64,000 bases of DNA from Chloroflexota bacterium (lineage in GTDB: Bacteria; Chloroflexota; Limnocylindria; Limnocylindrales; CSP1-4), in NCBI GenBank assembly GCA_040755495.1, contig JBFMAT010000014.1, forward strand, positions 7,764 through 71,763, in the 5' to 3' direction. Positions within the stretch are counted from its first letter, which is position 1; each line of letters starts with the position of its first letter. Shown piece by piece: positions 50,396-59,009 of the stretch. The notes under the pieces were generated by a model, which saw only the letters and a list, made by a program, of their open reading frames with translations, was not told the origin of the DNA and did not search any database. Made by a program: the position numbers and the translations under genes.

Positions 50396-51955
50396 ATGTC
50401 GCTCCGCCAGACCCTCCTCGCCACTACCGACTTCGCCACCGTGGTGGAGCTCGTGCCCTGGGCGGGCGAGCTCGACGACGCGCGCGGCCAGCGCCCGCTC
50501 AAGATGGCCGTCGACCTCGCCGGCGACCCGCGGATCACCGCGCTCTCGATCACCGACAACGCCGGCGGCCACGCGCGCCTGTCGCCCGACGCCCCGGCGG
50601 AGCCGGTCGTGGAGCTGGGCCACGACGTGATCGTCCACGTCGCCTGCCGCGACCGGAACCGCAACGGGCTCCAGAGCCTGGGCTGGGACCTCCTGAGCCG
50701 GGGCCTGACCACGGTCCTCGCCGTGTCGGGCGACTACCCGGTCGAGGGGTTTGACGGGCTGTCGAAGCCGGTGTTCGACGTGGACTCGGTCGGCCTGCTG
50801 GCCCTGTACCGCGAGCTGGGCGAGGTCGCGATCGCCCGGGCGACGGCCGACGGCGTGCCGGAGCCGGCACAGCGCGCCTTCTTCCTCGGCTGTGCCGTGG
50901 ACAACATCAAGCGCTTCGAGCGCGAGCTCATCCCGCAGTACCTGAAGCTGGCGCTCAAGGTCCGCAGCGGCGCCGACTTCGTCATCAGCCAGGTGGGCTA
51001 CGACGCCCGCAAGCAGGACGAGCTGCTGCGCGCGATGCGCCGCGACGGCCTCGCGATCCCGGCCATCGCCAACGCGTACATCCTGGACCGCGGGGTCGCC
51101 CGCGCCTTCCACGCCGGCCGGGTGCCGGGCTGCGTCGTGAGCGACGAGCTGCTGGCGCTGGTCGAGCGACGGGCCGCGGGCCCGGACAAAGGCCGGGCGT
51201 TCTTCCTCGAGCTCGCGGCCAGGCAGCTCGTGGTCGCCCGGGGTCTCGGCTACCGCGGCATCTACCTGTCCGGCCACCGCGACGCGACCGAGATCGGCCG
51301 GGTGCTGGAGTACGCGGAGGCGTTCGCCGACGGCGACTGGCGAGACCTGGTGCCGGACGTGACGTTCCCCCTGCCGGGCTCGTTCCACCTGTTCGAACGC
51401 GACCCGGCGACGGGCCTCAACACGGACGAGGTCTCGCGGGCCTACCGGCGCTCGCTGGAGCCGGCGGCGCGGCGGCGGGCGCGGGCGGGCGTCGACCCGT
51501 TCTACAAGGTCAACCGGGTGGTCCACGATCGCGTGTTCTCGAGCGGGACGCCCGGGTTCCGGTTCTGGGGCTCGGTCTACGGGCGCGTCGAGCGCGCGCA
51601 CCTGGCCAAGCCGCTGCACGTGTTCGAGCAGGCGGTCAAGGTGCCGCTCTACGACTGCCGGGACTGCGGCGACTGCTCGCTGCCGGACCTCGCCTACCTG
51701 TGCCCCGAGTCGCACTGTGCGAAGAACCAGCGCAACGGGCCCTGCGGCGGCTCGCACGACGGCCGGTGCGAGGTGGGCGACCGGCCCTGCGTGTGGGCAG
51801 AGGCCTACCGGCGGCTCAAGCCGTACGGCGAGGAGCTCGCGATGCTCGAACGCCCGCCGATCCTCCAGGACAACGCCCTCCGGCGGACCTCCGCCTGGGC
51901 GAACACGTTCCTGGGCCGCGACCACTTCGCCAAGCAGAAAGGACCCCGATCGTGA
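50396..51955 (+). CDS. metF: 5,10-methylenetetrahydrofolate reductase (MetF) fused to Cys-rich MTHFR C-terminal domain
   Basis: An N-terminal TIM-barrel MTHFR-like domain of about 300 aa, then a C-terminus with CRDCGDC...CPESHCAKNQRNGPCGG...C. Confidence 0.75.
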   Translation: MSLRQTLLATTDFATVVELVPWAGELDDARGQRPLKMAVDLAGDPRITALSITDNAGGHARLSPDAPAEPVVELGHDVIVHVACRDRNRNGLQSLGWDLLSRGLTTVLAVSGDYPVEGFDGLSKPVFDVDSVGLLALYRELGEVAIARATADGVPEPAQRAFFLGCAVDNIKRFERELIPQYLKLALKVRSGADFVISQVGYDARKQDELLRAMRRDGLAIPAIANAYILDRGVARAFHAGRVPGCVVSDELLALVERRAAGPDKGRAFFLELAARQLVVARGLGYRGIYLSGHRDATEIGRVLEYAEAFADGDWRDLVPDVTFPLPGSFHLFERDPATGLNTDEVSRAYRRSLEPAARRRARAGVDPFYKVNRVVHDRVFSSGTPGFRFWGSVYGRVERAHLAKPLHVFEQAVKVPLYDCRDCGDCSLPDLAYLCPESHCAKNQRNGPCGGSHDGRCEVGDRPCVWAEAYRRLKPYGEELAMLERPPILQDNALRRTSAWANTFLGRDHFAKQKGPRS

Positions 51956-53007
51956 GGCCTGACCGTTCCGGCACCCCGTTCCTCGTGGTCGGGGAGAACA
52001 TCCACGCCACGCGCGTGCTCAAGCGGGGCGGCCGCCATGCCGCGGAGCTCGAGGACGGGAGCGTGGGCATCGCGTTCGAGGCCGCCGACGGCTCGCGCGG
52101 CGTCCTGCCGGTCCACCCGGACGTCGCCGCGACCCGCGACTTCGGCGTGGGCAAGGTCAAGCACGTGGCGAGCGCCATCCGGTGGGGCCTCGACGGCGGC
52201 GCGCACGCGGACCAGGCGGCGGCCTACATCCGATCGATGGCGGCCCGGCAGGAGGCCGCGGGGGCGGACTGGCTGGACCTCAACGCGGACGAGGTGGCGT
52301 CCGATTCCGCCATCCGGGCGCGGGCGATGGCCTGGCTGGTCGGGGTGGTCGAGGCGACGGCGGCGGTGCCCGTCTCGATCGATTCATCGGACGTGGCCGT
52401 GCTCGCGGCCGGCGTCGCGGCGTCCACGCAGCCCGCGGGACGGCTGCTGCTCAACTCGGCGTCCGTGGAGCGCCCGGAGGTGCTGGAGCTGGCCGCGGCG
52501 ACCGGCTGCGCGGTGATCCTCGCGGCCAGCGGCAGGGGCGGCATGCCGGCCAACGCCGAGGAGCGGGTCGCCAACGCGATCGCCCTGGTCGAGGAGGCCG
52601 TCGCGCGCCAGGTCCCCCCGGCGTTGCTGTACGTGGATCCGCTGGTGCTGCCGGTGGCCGTGGAGCCCGACGCCCCGTCGCACGTGCTCGAGGCGGCTCG
52701 CCAGCTGCGCGCCGAGTACGGCGACACGATCCACCTCACGGGCGGCCTGTCCAACGTGTCGTTCGGGCTGCCCGAGCGGCGCCTGCTCAACGACGTGTTC
52801 ATCGACCTGGCCGCCGAGGCCGGGATCGACGGCGGGATCATCGACCCGGTCGCCTCGGACCTGGCCCGGGTCTTCGGGCAGGACCGCGCGAGCGAGCCTT
52901 ACCGGCTGGCCGCGGACCTGCTGCTGGGCCGCGACCCGTTCGGCGGCGCGTACGTGGCCGCGTTCCGCGAGGGCCGGCTGGCAGCGGAGGGCGCGGCCGC
53001 AGGCTGA
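51952..53007 (+). CDS. Pterin-binding methyltransferase (MtgA/AcsE/MtrH-like methylcorrinoid:tetrahydrofolate methyltransferase)
   Basis: GTGA overlap with metF. About 351 aa with a DHPS-like TIM-barrel character (LVVGENIHATR...LDLNAD...YVDPLVLPVA). The family call is from architecture and context. Confidence 0.7.
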   Translation: MRPDRSGTPFLVVGENIHATRVLKRGGRHAAELEDGSVGIAFEAADGSRGVLPVHPDVAATRDFGVGKVKHVASAIRWGLDGGAHADQAAAYIRSMAARQEAAGADWLDLNADEVASDSAIRARAMAWLVGVVEATAAVPVSIDSSDVAVLAAGVAASTQPAGRLLLNSASVERPEVLELAAATGCAVILAASGRGGMPANAEERVANAIALVEEAVARQVPPALLYVDPLVLPVAVEPDAPSHVLEAARQLRAEYGDTIHLTGGLSNVSFGLPERRLLNDVFIDLAAEAGIDGGIIDPVASDLARVFGQDRASEPYRLAADLLLGRDPFGGAYVAAFREGRLAAEGAAAG

Positions 53008-53058
53008 GGCCGCCATGCGTCGCCGGAGGCCAACGCCAGGGGCTGGCGCCGGGCTTGC

Positions 53059-53808
53059 CTACGTCGCGGGCACCGCCTTCACCACGCCGTCGTCGTGGCT
53101 CATCGCGAGCCGCTCGCCGGGCCGGAGCACCAGCACGTCGTCGTCCCACTCGCCGTCGAGCAGGCGGCGGAGCAGGACCAGGCTGCCCTCGACCCGCTCG
53201 AACGCCCAGCCCCGCCGCTCCGCCTGCTCGCGGGCCGTGGCCTCGGCGGTGGCTTCGTCGGTCACGCCCAACGAGATGAACGCGCCGCGCCGGTAGTGGC
53301 TGCGCCAGGCGCCCATGACCTCCATCAGGTAGTCCGCGTTGTCCTCGCCGTACCTGGCCACGTACTCGGCCCGGAGGGCGTCCATGTCGTCCTCCGTGTC
53401 ACCCGCGCCCAGGCCGCCGTCGCGTCGACCGTCGGGCGCGCCGGACGGCCGCTGCAGCTGGTCGGCGACGTACCAGTAGGTGGGGTCGCGGCCCGCGGTC
53501 TCCGCCGCGTACCGCTCGCGCGCCCCGAGGAACAGCGTGATGCAGTCGTGGGCGCGCGGCAGGACCACGGGGACCTCGCGGGCCTCGATGCCGGCCGTGG
53601 CGCCACCGCACAGCCCATAGCCCAGGACGATCGCGTCGTAGCCCGGCGGTACGCCGTCGATCTCCGCCTGCAGCCGGGTCCGCAGGTCGCGCGGATCGAC
53701 ATGCAGGCCGCGTGGCAGCAGCGACAGGTCCACCACGTGGGGCGAGCGCGCCGCACACAGGTACACGGGTCGCGCGAGCACGTCGCAGGCGATCGCATGG
53801 AGCCGCAT
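53059..53808 (-). CDS. DUF1638-family protein
   Basis: 249 aa from the ATG at 53808. This family is commonly found next to mttB-family/corrinoid genes; that is recalled, not verified here. Confidence 0.6.
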   Translation of the reverse strand: MRLHAIACDVLARPVYLCAARSPHVVDLSLLPRGLHVDPRDLRTRLQAEIDGVPPGYDAIVLGYGLCGGATAGIEAREVPVVLPRAHDCITLFLGARERYAAETAGRDPTYWYVADQLQRPSGAPDGRRDGGLGAGDTEDDMDALRAEYVARYGEDNADYLMEVMGAWRSHYRRGAFISLGVTDEATAEATAREQAERRGWAFERVEGSLVLLRRLLDGEWDDDVLVLRPGERLAMSHDDGVVKAVPAT

Positions 53809-53913
53809 CGCGAGATCGTAGCGCCCGATCCGGTCGCTTTGCCCCTGCCATCCGGGCGCCGGGTGTGGCACGGTGGACGCACGCCCGAATCCGTCGGGCG
53901 GGGAGGACGGTCG

Positions 53914-54384
53914 ATGGATGCACAGGACGCCGGTCCCGGGCCGGCCGGAGTCACGGAGCGCTGGGTGCGGATGGAGCGCCGCCTGGACGCCTCGGCGGAG
54001 CGCGCCTTCCGCGCCTGGACGGACCCGGAGGAGCTCGCGCGCTGGCTGCCGGAGCGCATCGAGGGCGGCCTCGCAGTCGGGGCGCGGAGCGTGCTCGTGT
54101 GGTCCGGGGCCCGCGTCTGGTGGGATGTCCTCGAGGTCCATCCCAGCGACACGTTCCTGTTCCGCCGGCCGTGGCTGCCCGACGAGTCGATCGTGACCAC
54201 GGTCCGGGTCGCGGTGCACCCGGTGGGCTACGGCAGCCGGGTGGAGCTCGAGGACGGGCCGTTCCCGATCGACACGCCCGCGGGACTGGACGCCTGGGCG
54301 GCGGCGATCGCGGCCTGGGCCGAGGCGCTGACGATGCTCCGGGCGCACCTGGACTCCAGCGTCGACGTCCGCCAGCGGCGGTAG
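53914..54384 (+). CDS. SRPBCC / Aha1-like (activator of Hsp90 ATPase homolog) domain protein
   Basis: WVRMERRLDASAERAFRAWTDPEELARWL is typical of the AHSA1/SRPBCC N-terminus. A GGGAGGA RBS lies 7 nt upstream. Confidence 0.7.
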   Translation: MDAQDAGPGPAGVTERWVRMERRLDASAERAFRAWTDPEELARWLPERIEGGLAVGARSVLVWSGARVWWDVLEVHPSDTFLFRRPWLPDESIVTTVRVAVHPVGYGSRVELEDGPFPIDTPAGLDAWAAAIAAWAEALTMLRAHLDSSVDVRQRR

Positions 54385-54393
54385 CGCGCGGCG

Positions 54394-54747
54394 ATGGACG
54401 CCCGGCTGGTCGCCTTCGGCCTGGTCGAGGTCGAGGGCAGGCGCTATGCCCATGACGTGGTCATCGAACGGGGGATCGTGCGCAAGCGCCGGAAGGGGCC
54501 GTCGAAGCCGTACCGCGACCGGTACGGCCACACGCCGCTGTCGGCGAACGAGGCAATCCCCTGGCACGGGCGCGGCCTGGTGGTGGGGACGGGTGCCGAG
54601 GGCCTGCTGCCGGTCATGCGCGAGGTGCTCGACGAGGGGCGACGGCGCGGCATCGAGGTGATCGCCGTCCCGACCGAGGAGGCGTGCCGTCTGCTCCGCG
54701 ACCTGCCGCCGGAGCGGGCGAATGCCGTGCTCCACGTCACCTGCTGA
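54394..54747 (+). CDS. Mth938-like small conserved protein
   Basis: 117 aa. AFGLVEVEGRRYAHDVVI...LVVGTGAEGLLPVMREV resembles the Mth938/DUF498 fold family. Confidence 0.5.
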   Translation: MDARLVAFGLVEVEGRRYAHDVVIERGIVRKRRKGPSKPYRDRYGHTPLSANEAIPWHGRGLVVGTGAEGLLPVMREVLDEGRRRGIEVIAVPTEEACRLLRDLPPERANAVLHVTC

Positions 54748-54817
54748 TCGGGTCGCCTCCTGGGCCGGCGCGGGCGGCCCGGCACCTGCCGCACCCGCCC
54801 GCGACCCGCCGGCACCC

Positions 54818-55981
54818 TCAGCCGCGCCGGGGGTACGTCCCGTAGGCCACCGCCTCGTCCACCATCGCCAGCACGTTCTCCGGCGGCACGTCACCCATCA
54901 CGGTGTGCACGGCGCCCAGCATCAGGCCGCCGCCCGGCCCCAGCGTGTCGATCACGCGCCGGACCTCCGCCCGCACCTCGTCCACGGTGCCGTGGGGGAG
55001 CACGCGGTGGGTGTCCATCCCGCCGCAGAACACGAGCCGATCGCCGAACCGCCGCTTGAGCCCCGCGAAGTCGGACATGCCGCCGGCCGAGGCCTGCACG
55101 GGGTTGAGCACGTCGACGCCGATCTCCACGAAATCGTCGAGCAGGTCGAACACGTCGCCGTCGGTGTGGAACACCACCTTCGCCGTCGTCCGCTCGCGGA
55201 TGAACGCGATGTAGTCGGCGTGGACGGGCTTGAGCATCCGGCGGTACATCGCCGGCGACATCAGCAGCCCCACCTGCGAGCCCAGGTCGTCACCGATCTT
55301 GATCATGTCGATCAGATCGCCGCACTGGCGCAGGAACCCGTCCATGATCCCCTTGCACACGCCCTGGATCTTCCACAGCAGCGCCTCGGCGAACTCCGGC
55401 TCCGCCGCGAGGTTGAGCAGGAAGCCGTCGGTGCCCTGCATCGCGAACGCGCGCTCGAGGGGGAACAGGAGCCACGGGGTCGCGAGGCTCGCATGCCGGT
55501 TCTCGTCCCGGAGCCGCTGCGCCTCCGCCCGCACGCCCTCGAACCGCGTGGGATCGGCGACGTCCGGCCACGGGTAGGCCTCGATCTCCTCGAGCGTCGT
55601 CGCCTCCGCCATCGGGTGGACGCCCGGGAACCAGGTGCCGGGCGAGGCCTCCAGCTGGCCGCTGCCCCAGTCGTCGATGAACGGCGAGTGCGGCTCGCGG
55701 GCGGCGTTGCGGGCGCGGGTCGCCGCCGGGAAGCGGTCCAGCACCCCGCGGACGTCGGCGTGGAGCCGCTCGTACGTCGCCTCGTCGAGGGCCGCGGTGC
55801 CGAGCTCCGGCCAGTCGTAGATGTAGCGGTCCGGCGCCTCGATCCCGGCCAGCCGCTTGAGACCCCGGTAGGTGGACATCTTGATGCCGGTCGCGTTGCT
55901 CGGGCCGAGCACGATCGGCACGCGGTCGGGCGTCTCGTGGTCGAGGACGGCGAGCACGCGCTCGCGCGGGGTCAGCGGCAT
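54818..55981 (-). CDS. Uroporphyrinogen-decarboxylase (URO-D) family protein (MtaA/MtbA-like methylcobamide methyltransferase family)
   Basis: 387 aa with URO-D-like TIM-barrel motifs (PIVLGPSNATG, VVFHTDGDV, VDVLNPVQ). Confidence 0.75.
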   Translation of the reverse strand: MPLTPRERVLAVLDHETPDRVPIVLGPSNATGIKMSTYRGLKRLAGIEAPDRYIYDWPELGTAALDEATYERLHADVRGVLDRFPAATRARNAAREPHSPFIDDWGSGQLEASPGTWFPGVHPMAEATTLEEIEAYPWPDVADPTRFEGVRAEAQRLRDENRHASLATPWLLFPLERAFAMQGTDGFLLNLAAEPEFAEALLWKIQGVCKGIMDGFLRQCGDLIDMIKIGDDLGSQVGLLMSPAMYRRMLKPVHADYIAFIRERTTAKVVFHTDGDVFDLLDDFVEIGVDVLNPVQASAGGMSDFAGLKRRFGDRLVFCGGMDTHRVLPHGTVDEVRAEVRRVIDTLGPGGGLMLGAVHTVMGDVPPENVLAMVDEAVAYGTYPRRG

Positions 55982-56217
55982 CGAAGGTCTCCGGCGATGG
56001 CGGGCGACCGGGCTGCGGTCTCGCCCAGAGCGTAGCCCCGGGTCCCTGGGTCGTGCATGCCGCCCGACGCGCCTCACGTGGGTGCCGCGCGCCGCGCCGT
56101 CCGCCGCGCCGCCCGCCGTGCGGCCGCGGCGCCCCGCCCACCCACCCCGCATGGGGGATGCCGCGGGCGTACCTTCGGGGAGGGGCCGGTCGCGCGACCC
56201 GGTCCTACGGTGCGTCC

Positions 56218-57753
56218 ATGCATCGCATTCCGGGGGCGCTGCTGCTATTGCCGGCCGTATTGCTGGCCGCGGCATCGGCGATCACGAGCCGCCTGTCGTT
56301 CGAGCCGGTCGCGCCGATCGCGCTCGCCGGTGCGGGCGCGGCGTGGGCGCTGGGCGTCGCGGCCTGCGCGTTCATGGTGCGCCACGAGGTCCGGGCGCTG
56401 GCCGCCCACGCGGCGGCGATCGCCGACGGTGCGGGCACCACCATCGAGGACCCGCGCCCGTTCGGCCTCGTGGCGCCGGTGGCGACCGAGGTGGCCCGGA
56501 TCGCGGCGACGCTCGAGGACGCGACCGAGGCGGCTACCACGGACCGGCTGACCCGGGTCGCGAACCGCCCCACGATGCTGGCCCGCCTGTTCCAGGAGGC
56601 GGAGCGGGCCGCGCGCTATGGCCGCCCCCTCGCCCTCGCCTTCCTGGACATCGACCACTTCAAGGCGGTCAACGACACCTGGGGCCACGAGGTCGGCGAC
56701 GACGTCCTGCGGCGCGTCGCCGAGGTCCTGCGCGAGCACTGCCGCCAGTCCGACATGGTCGCCCGGTATGGCGGCGAGGAGTTCGTCATCGTCCTCCCGG
56801 ACACGACGGTGGACGACGCCACGGAAGTGGCGGAGAAGCTGCGCCTGCTGGTGCTGAAGCAGCGCATCCCGACCGGGACCCCGGAGGAGATCGGCGTCAC
56901 GATCTCGATCGGCGTCGCGGGCGGCCAGGGCGCCAGCCTGCGCGTCGACCAGCTGATCCGCGACGCGGATGCCGCGATGTACTCGGCGAAGTCGCTGGGC
57001 CGGAACCAGACGTTCGTGTTCGCCGAGGTGGACGACGACAGCGCCCGGATCCCCCGGGCGTCGGTCTCGGCGGACGGGCGGGCCCGGGCCGCGGAGGTGG
57101 GCGACCTGGCACGCCACGCCGCCGAGGAGGCGCTGGCCGCGATCGTCGCCCCGCTGCCGCACTACCGCGGCAAGCCCTCGTCGCTGATCGCGGCCATCGC
57201 GGTCGCGCTGGCCCGGCGGCTCGAGCTCCCGGATCGCGAGGTGGAGCGGATCCGCGTCGCATCGCTGCTCCACGACATCGGCAAGGTCGGCGTCCCGGGG
57301 CCGATCCTCGAGAAGCCGGGGCCGCTCTCGCCCGAGGAGTGGCAGTCCGTCGTCCAGCACCCCAAGATCGGGCAGGTGATCATCGACCAGGTGGCCGCGG
57401 TCCGCGACGCCGGGGCGATCATCCTCCACCACCACGAGCGCTACTCCGGGCACGGGTACCCGTACGGGCTGCGTGGCTCGGACATCCCGCTCGGCGCCCG
57501 GATCGTCGCCATCGCCGACGCCTACGACGCGATGATCCACGACCGGCCCTACCGGGCGGCGATCAGCCACGAGCAGGCCATCATCGAGCTCCGCGAGCAC
57601 GCCGGGCTCCAGTTCGACCCCGAGCTGGTCGGCCTGTTCTGCGCCCTGTACGCCGACCGGGCGCCGGTCCCGGACCCGTCGCTGCTGATCGGGCAGCGCC
57701 GGACCGGCCGGGCGCGTGGGACGGCACGCGATCGGCGCGCGGCATCCGCGTGA
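56218..57753 (+). CDS. Membrane-anchored GGDEF diguanylate cyclase fused to HD-GYP phosphodiesterase
   Basis: N-terminal TM segments; RYGGEEF active-site motif; HD-GYP motifs LLHDIGK and HHHERYSGHGYPYGL. Confidence 0.8.
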   Translation: MHRIPGALLLLPAVLLAAASAITSRLSFEPVAPIALAGAGAAWALGVAACAFMVRHEVRALAAHAAAIADGAGTTIEDPRPFGLVAPVATEVARIAATLEDATEAATTDRLTRVANRPTMLARLFQEAERAARYGRPLALAFLDIDHFKAVNDTWGHEVGDDVLRRVAEVLREHCRQSDMVARYGGEEFVIVLPDTTVDDATEVAEKLRLLVLKQRIPTGTPEEIGVTISIGVAGGQGASLRVDQLIRDADAAMYSAKSLGRNQTFVFAEVDDDSARIPRASVSADGRARAAEVGDLARHAAEEALAAIVAPLPHYRGKPSSLIAAIAVALARRLELPDREVERIRVASLLHDIGKVGVPGPILEKPGPLSPEEWQSVVQHPKIGQVIIDQVAAVRDAGAIILHHHERYSGHGYPYGLRGSDIPLGARIVAIADAYDAMIHDRPYRAAISHEQAIIELREHAGLQFDPELVGLFCALYADRAPVPDPSLLIGQRRTGRARGTARDRRAASA

Positions 57754-57763
57754 GCGGCGACTG

Positions 57764-58453
57764 ATGCTCGGGACGCTGCGCCGGCACCTCGGCGGCCCGG
57801 CGACGGCGCCGGCAGTCGACGCGGCCCGCGACGAGGCGCCGGAGCCGCTCGCGCCGGCCACCCGCGAGGTCGAGTTCGCGGGCTACGCCGAGGACTGCCG
57901 CCTGTTCGGCTTCGTGCGCCTCGCAGACGAGCGGATGACCGACCTGCTCAACGAGCGCGAGGAGCTCGAGGTGGACAGCGTCCTGCTCGTGTCGCTGGCG
58001 GACGGCCGGGCGACGGAGGCCGCGGGCATGGCCATCCGGCGCGACGACCTGCTCGCCGTGCGCGCGGCGGGGCCGCGCGGCAACCCCGAGCGCCGCCGCC
58101 GAACCCGGCCGTCGCCGGTCACGCTCCAGGCGGGTCCCTACGTGATCCGCGGCTACGTCCACGGTCCGCCGGGCGCCGACCCGATCACGCAGTTCCGGCG
58201 CCGCCCGCCGATGGTGCCGCTCACCGAGGCCTGGATCGAGTACGTCGCGGCCGGCGAGCAGCACCAGGCGCGGGTCGGGACGATCATCGTGAACCGCGAC
58301 CAGGTGGACTGGATCCGGGTGTCGAAGGACGCTGAGGTCCGGCTGGCCGACCTGCCGGCCGAGACGACGATCGACCCCCGCGCCAAGGACCTGACCGGCC
58401 ACATCCGGTTCGGCGAGGCCGCGACCGGCGGGACCGGCGCCGGCGGGGAGTGA
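57764..58453 (+). CDS. Hypothetical protein, paralog A of an uncharacterised family (AEDC...VNRD)
   Basis: 229 aa, starting 11 bp after the GGDEF/HD-GYP stop. Clear paralogy to 60353..60859. Confidence 0.5.
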   Translation: MLGTLRRHLGGPATAPAVDAARDEAPEPLAPATREVEFAGYAEDCRLFGFVRLADERMTDLLNEREELEVDSVLLVSLADGRATEAAGMAIRRDDLLAVRAAGPRGNPERRRRTRPSPVTLQAGPYVIRGYVHGPPGADPITQFRRRPPMVPLTEAWIEYVAAGEQHQARVGTIIVNRDQVDWIRVSKDAEVRLADLPAETTIDPRAKDLTGHIRFGEAATGGTGAGGE

Positions 58454-58559
58454 CCCCGGCGCGATCGACGCCGGCGGGTTTGAACCCGGCGCCCGCGCGG
58501 ACTGGTACGGTCCGGGCGACGGGCCCGCACGGGGGCGGGCCGCGCGACGGAGGACACCG

Positions 58560-58964
58560 ATGGCAGGCACCGGCACCCGCGAGGACCCGTGGCAGCTGAC
58601 GACGGCCAACGGCGGCTCGCAGTACGAGATGTGGCGCGACGAGGCGGCCGACCCGCCGGCGCTCGTGTGCCAGGTGGGCGGCACGCAGCTGCGCTATCGC
58701 CTGCGGGCGATCGACGACCTGCACGCCTGGCTGCGGGCCCAGGGCGACTGGGTACCGCTGGGCGGCGCGGACGAGCAGAAGCCGGCGGCCGAGGGCACGG
58801 TCGAGGCGTGGGGACGCTCGGAGGCGAACCCGGTCGGCGGCTGGTACGGCACCAAGAAGGGGCTCCGGGGCCGGTTCGGCGTGTACCTGCCGCCGCTGCT
58901 CGAGGCGCTCGGCCTCGCGGAGCTGGAGCACAACCCGAAGAACAACCGGGTGCGGGCACGCTAG
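58560..58964 (+). CDS. Conserved hypothetical protein (134 aa)
   Basis: Good GGAGG RBS 7 nt upstream. Non-repetitive sequence with Trp/Tyr-rich motifs (WYGTKKGLRGRFGVYLPPLLE). Confidence 0.5.
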   Translation: MAGTGTREDPWQLTTANGGSQYEMWRDEAADPPALVCQVGGTQLRYRLRAIDDLHAWLRAQGDWVPLGGADEQKPAAEGTVEAWGRSEANPVGGWYGTKKGLRGRFGVYLPPLLEALGLAELEHNPKNNRVRAR

Positions 58965-59009
58965 GCGGCTCTCAGGCAACCCTCAGGCAAAGGGGGCATC
59001 CTGTGCGCG

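Noticed and set aside
48581-51925. 1114-aa minus-strand ORF antisense to the RACo and metF genes
   Set aside because: It is spurious long antisense reading through, with no recognisable domains.
53809-54894. Upstream extension of the DUF1638 ORF (part of 53059..54894, 611 aa)
   Set aside because: The extension runs antisense to a well-supported SRPBCC gene (53914..54384, strong RBS) and a Mth938-like gene. DUF1638 proteins are about 250 aa.
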